Source: Rikenellaceae bacterium
Lineage (GTDB): Bacteria; Bacteroidota; Bacteroidia; Bacteroidales; Rikenellaceae
Assembly: GCA_044433965.1 (NCBI GenBank)
Contig: JAWXTF010000001.1
Coordinates: forward strand, 23,912-87,911
Length of the DNA stretch: 64,000 bases
Direction: 5' to 3'
The stretch's first letter is position 1. Each line of letters opens with the position of its first letter. The notes beneath the pieces were generated by a model. It saw nothing but the letters and a program-made list of their open reading frames with translations, was not told the DNA's origin and searched no databases. Positions 59,574 through 64,000 of this stretch are shown one piece after another. Both the position numbers and the translations under genes were made by a program.

Positions 59574-59815
59574 CTTGCTGTGCGCTTCGGTTCCTTTCTG
59601 TGCGTTTCGGACTGTCTCCGACGGGTGGGGATGGCACCCCCACGGGTGCGTACCTTTTTGCGCTTATTATTGTGGGCGCTTGTAGCGCTTACGATCTTTA
59701 ATAGTAAAGGTAGTCTTATGAAAGCTCGCTTTCAACGACAACATTTACTATTAAAGATCTATGTCAACCTACGGTTGCCACCACAAAATAAGCGAGGTGA
59801 ACCTTGGGTGAACCT
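59574..59815. repeat. Modular palindromic repeat family, copy 11 (diverged composite)
   Basis: A diverged left module (ctgtctccgacgggtggggatggcacccccacgggtgc) followed by a reverse large-hairpin module with new arms. Confidence 0.85.
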
Positions 59816-59853
59816 GACTAATAAAAGTTATTGCCCCCCTGCTCTCATTGTGG

Positions 59854-61863
59854 TTAAACCCCTAACGCCTGCTCTATAAGCGCATCATCGGCTAAGTTAG
59901 GTAGTGTGACTTTGAGTGAGGGGTTACGTTCCATAGCTCTTTTTATGGCAAATATTGCACCTTCGTTGCGAGCCCAGCTGCGGCGTGAGATTCCGTTGTT
60001 GACATCCCAGTGAAGCATCTGCACGATGTGACGTTGCGACTCTGTAGAGCCATCTATCACCATGCCGAAGCCTCCGTTTATCACCTCGCCCCAGCCTACG
60101 CCACCACCATTGTGGATCGAGACCCACGTGGCGCCACGGAATGAGTCGCCAATAACGTTTTGTATTGCCATGTCGGCAGTAAACTGCGAACCATCGTAGA
60201 TGTTGGATGTCTCACGGTAGGGTGAGTCGGTGCCCGAAACATCGTGGTGGTCACGCCCCAAGACTATAGGTGCCGAGATCTCGCCCGAAGCTATAGCGCG
60301 GTTAAATGCCTCAGCTATAAGTGTGCGACCCTCGCAGTCGGCATAGAGTATACGAGCCTGAGAGCCTACGACCAACTTGTTGGTGGCAGCCTCACGTATC
60401 CAGTGGAGGTTGTCGAGCAACTGAGAGCGTATCTCCTCAGGCGCTTCGGCAGCCATCGACTCCAATACCTCGGCAGCTATGCGGTCTGTAGTTGCTAAAT
60501 CCGCCTCGGTGCCCGATGTGCAGACCCAGCGGAAGGGGCCAAATCCATAGTCGAAGAACATAGGACCCATAATATCTTGAACATACGAAGGGTAGCGGAA
60601 GAGCCCATTTGGCAACACCACATCGGCACCAGCACGTGAAGCCTCTAACAAAAAGGCATTACCATAGTCGAAGAAGTACATACCTTGGTCGGTAAGCTTG
60701 GTGATGGCTGCCGCTTGACGACGCAATGACTCCTCGACCCTCAGTTTGAACTCGGCAGGGGAGTCAGCCATCATTGTGTTGGACTCCTCATAGCTGAGAC
60801 CAACAGGGTAGTAGCCTCCAGCCCAAGGGTTGTGGAGTGAGGTTTGGTCTGAGCCTAAGTCGACTTTTACGTTGTCGGAGGCTAAGCGCTCCCACAAATC
60901 TACCACATTACCTACGTAGGCGAGTGATACCGCCTCCTTGGCTGCTGTAGCCTCCTCGATGCGCACCATAAGTGTGTCGAGTGAGTAGTGTAGCTCGTCG
61001 ACCCACCCTTGCGAGTGACGCTTTTGGGCAGCTGTTGCGTTGACCTCAGCTACAACCGACACCACGCCCGAGATAACGCCCGCCTTGGGTTGAGCTCCCG
61101 ACATCCCACCAAGTCCCGAAGAGACAAAGAGCATGCCCGCAGGAGAGGTTTGACCCTCGCTCATGCGCTTGCGTGCAGCATTGAGCACGGTGATAGTTGT
61201 TCCGTGAACTATGCCCTGAGGTCCAATATACATATAGGAGCCTGCTGTCATCTGACCATATTGCGACACTCCGAGAGCATTCATACGCTCCCAGTCATCG
61301 GGCTTAGAGTGGTTGGGGATCACCATTCCATTGGTTACAACCACGCGTGGAGCCTCTCGATGTGAGGGAAACAAACCCATAGGGTGTCCCGAATACATCA
61401 CTAAGGTCTGCTCATCGGTCATCTCGGCAAGGTACTTCATCGTTAGGCGATACTGTGCCCAGTTTTGGAATACTGCACCATTACCACCATAGGTGATAAG
61501 CTCGTGAGGATGTTGCGCCACAGCCTTGTCGAGATTGTTTTGGATCATCAACATTATAGCTGCTGCCTGACGTGAGCGGTGTGGATACTCATCGATTGGG
61601 CGTGCATAGATCTCGCCCTCAGGGCGTAGACGGTAGATATATATTCTACCATATGTAGCAAGCTCCGCGGCAAATTCTGCTGCAAGCTCGGCATGTTGCT
61701 CCGCGGGGAAGTAGCGCAAGGCGTTGCGAAGTGCCAGCTGCTTCTCCTCGCGCGAAAGTATCTCCTTGCGACGTGGCGCATGGCTCACACTCACATCGAG
61801 CGGACGAGCCGCAGGCAACACCGTTGGGATTCCTTCTAATATCTCTTTTTGAAAATCTGTCAT
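59854..61863 (-). CDS. hutU: Urocanate hydratase (long form)
   Basis: Motifs ELITYGGNG, GQMTAGS, GLGGMSGAQ, SDQTS, GRDHHD and HNGGGVG. Confidence 0.97.
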   Translation of the reverse strand: MTDFQKEILEGIPTVLPAARPLDVSVSHAPRRKEILSREEKQLALRNALRYFPAEQHAELAAEFAAELATYGRIYIYRLRPEGEIYARPIDEYPHRSRQAAAIMLMIQNNLDKAVAQHPHELITYGGNGAVFQNWAQYRLTMKYLAEMTDEQTLVMYSGHPMGLFPSHREAPRVVVTNGMVIPNHSKPDDWERMNALGVSQYGQMTAGSYMYIGPQGIVHGTTITVLNAARKRMSEGQTSPAGMLFVSSGLGGMSGAQPKAGVISGVVSVVAEVNATAAQKRHSQGWVDELHYSLDTLMVRIEEATAAKEAVSLAYVGNVVDLWERLASDNVKVDLGSDQTSLHNPWAGGYYPVGLSYEESNTMMADSPAEFKLRVEESLRRQAAAITKLTDQGMYFFDYGNAFLLEASRAGADVVLPNGLFRYPSYVQDIMGPMFFDYGFGPFRWVCTSGTEADLATTDRIAAEVLESMAAEAPEEIRSQLLDNLHWIREAATNKLVVGSQARILYADCEGRTLIAEAFNRAIASGEISAPIVLGRDHHDVSGTDSPYRETSNIYDGSQFTADMAIQNVIGDSFRGATWVSIHNGGGVGWGEVINGGFGMVIDGSTESQRHIVQMLHWDVNNGISRRSWARNEGAIFAIKRAMERNPSLKVTLPNLADDALIEQALGV

Positions 61864-61887
61864 ATCTTTTTTTGTTGGGTGGTCTAA

Positions 61888-62051
61888 GAATCTGTTTAAA
61901 TTTCTCTCATCTATTTTGTTAAGGATCTGTCACTTTGCTTTTCTCTTTTTGCACTGCGTTACATAGGCACCGCTATGCGCCTTATGCAAAGAGAGAAAAT
62001 CAAAGCAACATCTCTCTTAACAAATTTAGCGAGAAAAACTTAAACAGATTC
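61888..62051. mobile_element. 164-bp MITE-like element with ~65-bp imperfect terminal inverted repeats and a TAA target duplication
   Basis: Left end gaatctgtttaaatttctctc..., right end ...gagaaaaacttaaacagattc. TAA flanks both sides (61885-61887 and 62052-62054). No coding capacity. Confidence 0.75.
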
Positions 62052-62066
62052 TAAATTAGAGATTGA

Positions 62067-63452
62067 CTAAAGCCCTCTAATATATTCGTCAATCGCCTTT
62101 GCGGCAGTACGACCAGCGCCCATGGCAAGGATTACAGTTGCGGCACCTGTCACCACGTCGCCACCTGCAAATACCCCTTTGCGTGATGTTGCACCCGAGT
62201 CATCTGCCACCACACAGCCCCAACGGTTGGTGTCGAGACCCTTGGTTGTCGAGGCGATAAGTGGGTTTGGAGAGGTTCCAAGAGCCATGATTACTACATC
62301 ACACTCAACCTCGAAGTTAGAGCCCTCTTTGACAACTGGCGAACGGCGTCCACTTGCATCAGGCTCGCCAAGCTCCATCTCTACGCACTCTATAGCGCGC
62401 ACCCAGCCACCATCTTTAGCCAAGATTTGGGTTGGGTTGGTGAGCATCTTAAAGTCGATACCCTCCTCTTTGGCGTGGTGCACCTCCTCCAAACGTGCAG
62501 GAAGCTCAGCCTCACCACGGCGGTATACTATAGTTGCCTTAGCACCCAAGCGCTTTGCGGTACGCACTGCATCCATCGCTACATTGCCACCACCTACTAC
62601 AACTACGCTCTCGCCAGTGAAGATTGGGGTGTCGTAATCTGCATCGTATGCCTTCATCAGGTTGGCACGTGTAAGGAACTCATTTGCCGATACAACTCCG
62701 TTGAGGGTCTCACCAGGGATATTCATAAAGCGAGGTAGACCGGCTCCAGAGCCAATAAAGACTGCATCGAAGCCCTCCTCGTCGATCAATGAGTCGACAG
62801 TCACGGTGCGGCCCACAATAACGTCGGTCTCGAACTTAACGCCCAAAGCCTCAACTGCTGCGATCTCTGCCGCTACGATCTTCTCCTTAGGGAGTCGGAA
62901 CTCGGGAATACCATAGACCAACACACCACCCAATTTGTGGAGTGCCTCGAACACAGTAACCTCGTAGCCCATCTTAGCCAAGTCGCTTGCACAAGCCAAG
63001 CCAGCAGGACCACTACCCACGATAGCCACCTTGCGGCCATTAGCCTCAATCTCGCACTTGGTTTGACCCATATTCTCGATCTTCCAGTCGCCCACAAAGC
63101 GCTCCAATTGACCAATAGAGACGCTCTCGCCCTTGATACCCAAGATACAAGAGCCCTCACACTGAGTCTCCTGAGGACATACTCGACCGCAGACACTTGG
63201 TAGAGATGAATCCACAGCGATAGCTGCAACAGCACCCTGTAGGTCACCTGCCGCAATGCGACCAATGAATCCTGGGATGTTGATACCCACTGGGCAAGCA
63301 GCCACACAACGTGGTTTCTTACACTCCAAGCAGCGAGATGCTTCGGCCTGAGCCTCCTCTAAATTAAATCCATAGCATACCTCCTCGAAGTTGGTTGCTC
63401 TAACTTTTGGGTCTTGTTCACGTGCTTTTGTACGTGCTATTTTTGTTGCCAT
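62067..63452 (-). CDS. nfnB: Nfn large subunit (GltD/SudA-like, usually labelled homotetrameric glutamate synthase)
   Basis: Motifs EASRCLEC..P.C..ACP, CGRVCPQE.QCE, GSGPAG and GGGNVAMD. Adjacent to the small subunit. Confidence 0.85.
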   Translation of the reverse strand: MATKIARTKAREQDPKVRATNFEEVCYGFNLEEAQAEASRCLECKKPRCVAACPVGINIPGFIGRIAAGDLQGAVAAIAVDSSLPSVCGRVCPQETQCEGSCILGIKGESVSIGQLERFVGDWKIENMGQTKCEIEANGRKVAIVGSGPAGLACASDLAKMGYEVTVFEALHKLGGVLVYGIPEFRLPKEKIVAAEIAAVEALGVKFETDVIVGRTVTVDSLIDEEGFDAVFIGSGAGLPRFMNIPGETLNGVVSANEFLTRANLMKAYDADYDTPIFTGESVVVVGGGNVAMDAVRTAKRLGAKATIVYRRGEAELPARLEEVHHAKEEGIDFKMLTNPTQILAKDGGWVRAIECVEMELGEPDASGRRSPVVKEGSNFEVECDVVIMALGTSPNPLIASTTKGLDTNRWGCVVADDSGATSRKGVFAGGDVVTGAATVILAMGAGRTAAKAIDEYIRGL

Positions 63453-63464
63453 ATCTTTTATTTG

Positions 63465-64000
63465 TTATTTATCTAATCCAATTCGACACTTGTGTCCTGC
63501 CTCACGCTCAGCCTCGATTGCTGCTGCACGCTCTTCGAGTGAACGGTACATACCTATGCGGCGTAGAGCCTCATCGAAGTCCACTTGGTGACCATCGAAC
63601 TCGGGACCCTCGACACATGTGAAACGCACCTTGCCACCCACTGTCACACGACATGCACCACACATACCTGTTCCGTCGACCATAAGTGTGTTGAGCGAAA
63701 CTATTGTTGGCATCTCATACTTCTTGGTGGTGAGTGTCACAAACTTCATCATAATCATTGGACCAATAGCAACACAGACGTCATATTTGTTACCCTCGGA
63801 CATAAGCTCCTCGATCTTGGCGGTGACCAAGCCTTTGAAGCCTGCGCTACCGTCGTCGGTACAGATGTAGAGGTTTGTGGCAACCTTGCTCATCATCTCC
63901 TCGAAGATAATCATCTCGCTATTTTTAGCACCTACTATCACATCGACCTCAACACCTTGGTCGTGCAACCACTTCACCTGAGGGTATACTGGAGCTGCTC
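63465..64000 (-). CDS. nfnA: Nfn small subunit (SudB/PyrK-like), 5' truncated by window edge
   Basis: The frame is open to the window end (GAAPVYPQ...). Motifs IGPMIMMK and DGTGMCGACR...CVEGPEF ([2Fe-2S] with an Asp ligand). Confidence 0.85.
   Translation of the reverse strand, partial: AAPVYPQVKWLHDQGVEVDVIVGAKNSEMIIFEEMMSKVATNLYICTDDGSAGFKGLVTAKIEELMSEGNKYDVCVAIGPMIMMKFVTLTTKKYEMPTIVSLNTLMVDGTGMCGACRVTVGGKVRFTCVEGPEFDGHQVDFDEALRRIGMYRSLEERAAAIEAEREAGHKCRIGLDK

Noticed and set aside
9873-59815. CRISPR array interpretation of the repeated palindromes
   Set aside because: There are no regularly spaced identical 23-47 bp repeats with unique spacers and no cas genes. The copies are dispersed and modular.
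62067-63452. Glutamate synthase small subunit (gltD)
   Set aside because: There is no adjacent gltB, and the neighbour is a SudB/NfnA-type subunit.
333-63870. Numerous short ORFs antisense or out of frame within confident genes (for example 58350-59084, 5340-5939, 10640-11161, 62122-62637)
   Set aside because: They are shadow ORFs fully overlapped by motif-supported genes.
1-64000. GC-skew switch at the candidate origin
   Set aside because: Hand counts on a few lines were inconsistent and confounded by coding strand, so skew is not used as evidence. It needs a whole-genome calculation.

Overview
This 64 kb window is chromosomal DNA from a Bacteroidota organism, most likely Rikenellaceae (Alistipes-like). 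That call is inferred from gene content, TAnnTTTG promoter boxes, the lack of Shine-Dalgarno leaders and a futalosine-pathway mqnB. It is mostly housekeeping and metabolic genes: the tail of a GH2 + sulfatase locus, mqnB, pepP, two U32 proteins, a polyprenyl synthase, a ROK kinase, fused ftcD, serS, a ferredoxin missing from the ORF track, proS, an S41 protease, nfo, tRNA-Gln(CTG), xylR-xylB-xylA-xylE, nadA, deoC, zupT, rnhB, tatD, trxB, lspA, sppA, hutU-hutH-hutI and split nfnAB. There is no transposase, integrase or CRISPR array. Four things stand out. (1) A dispersed, modular, multi-hairpin repeat family occupies about 11 intergenic sites (roughly 4.5 kb, about 7% of the window, hand estimate). 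Its stems show many compensatory base changes between copies, and the copies show module duplication, head-to-head composites and microsatellite linkers. It explains most of the short spurious ORFs. (2) A likely dnaA-unlinked oriC upstream of nadA has clustered TTAT(C/T/A)AACA boxes, and a tandem box pair followed directly by DnaA-trio-like triplets. (3) Two unrelated MITE-like inverted-repeat elements, one with a TAA target duplication. (4) A 9 kb cluster of four predicted surface lipoproteins, including a 9-repeat FN3-like protein with a recent internal duplication. All family assignments come from motif recognition, not database searches.
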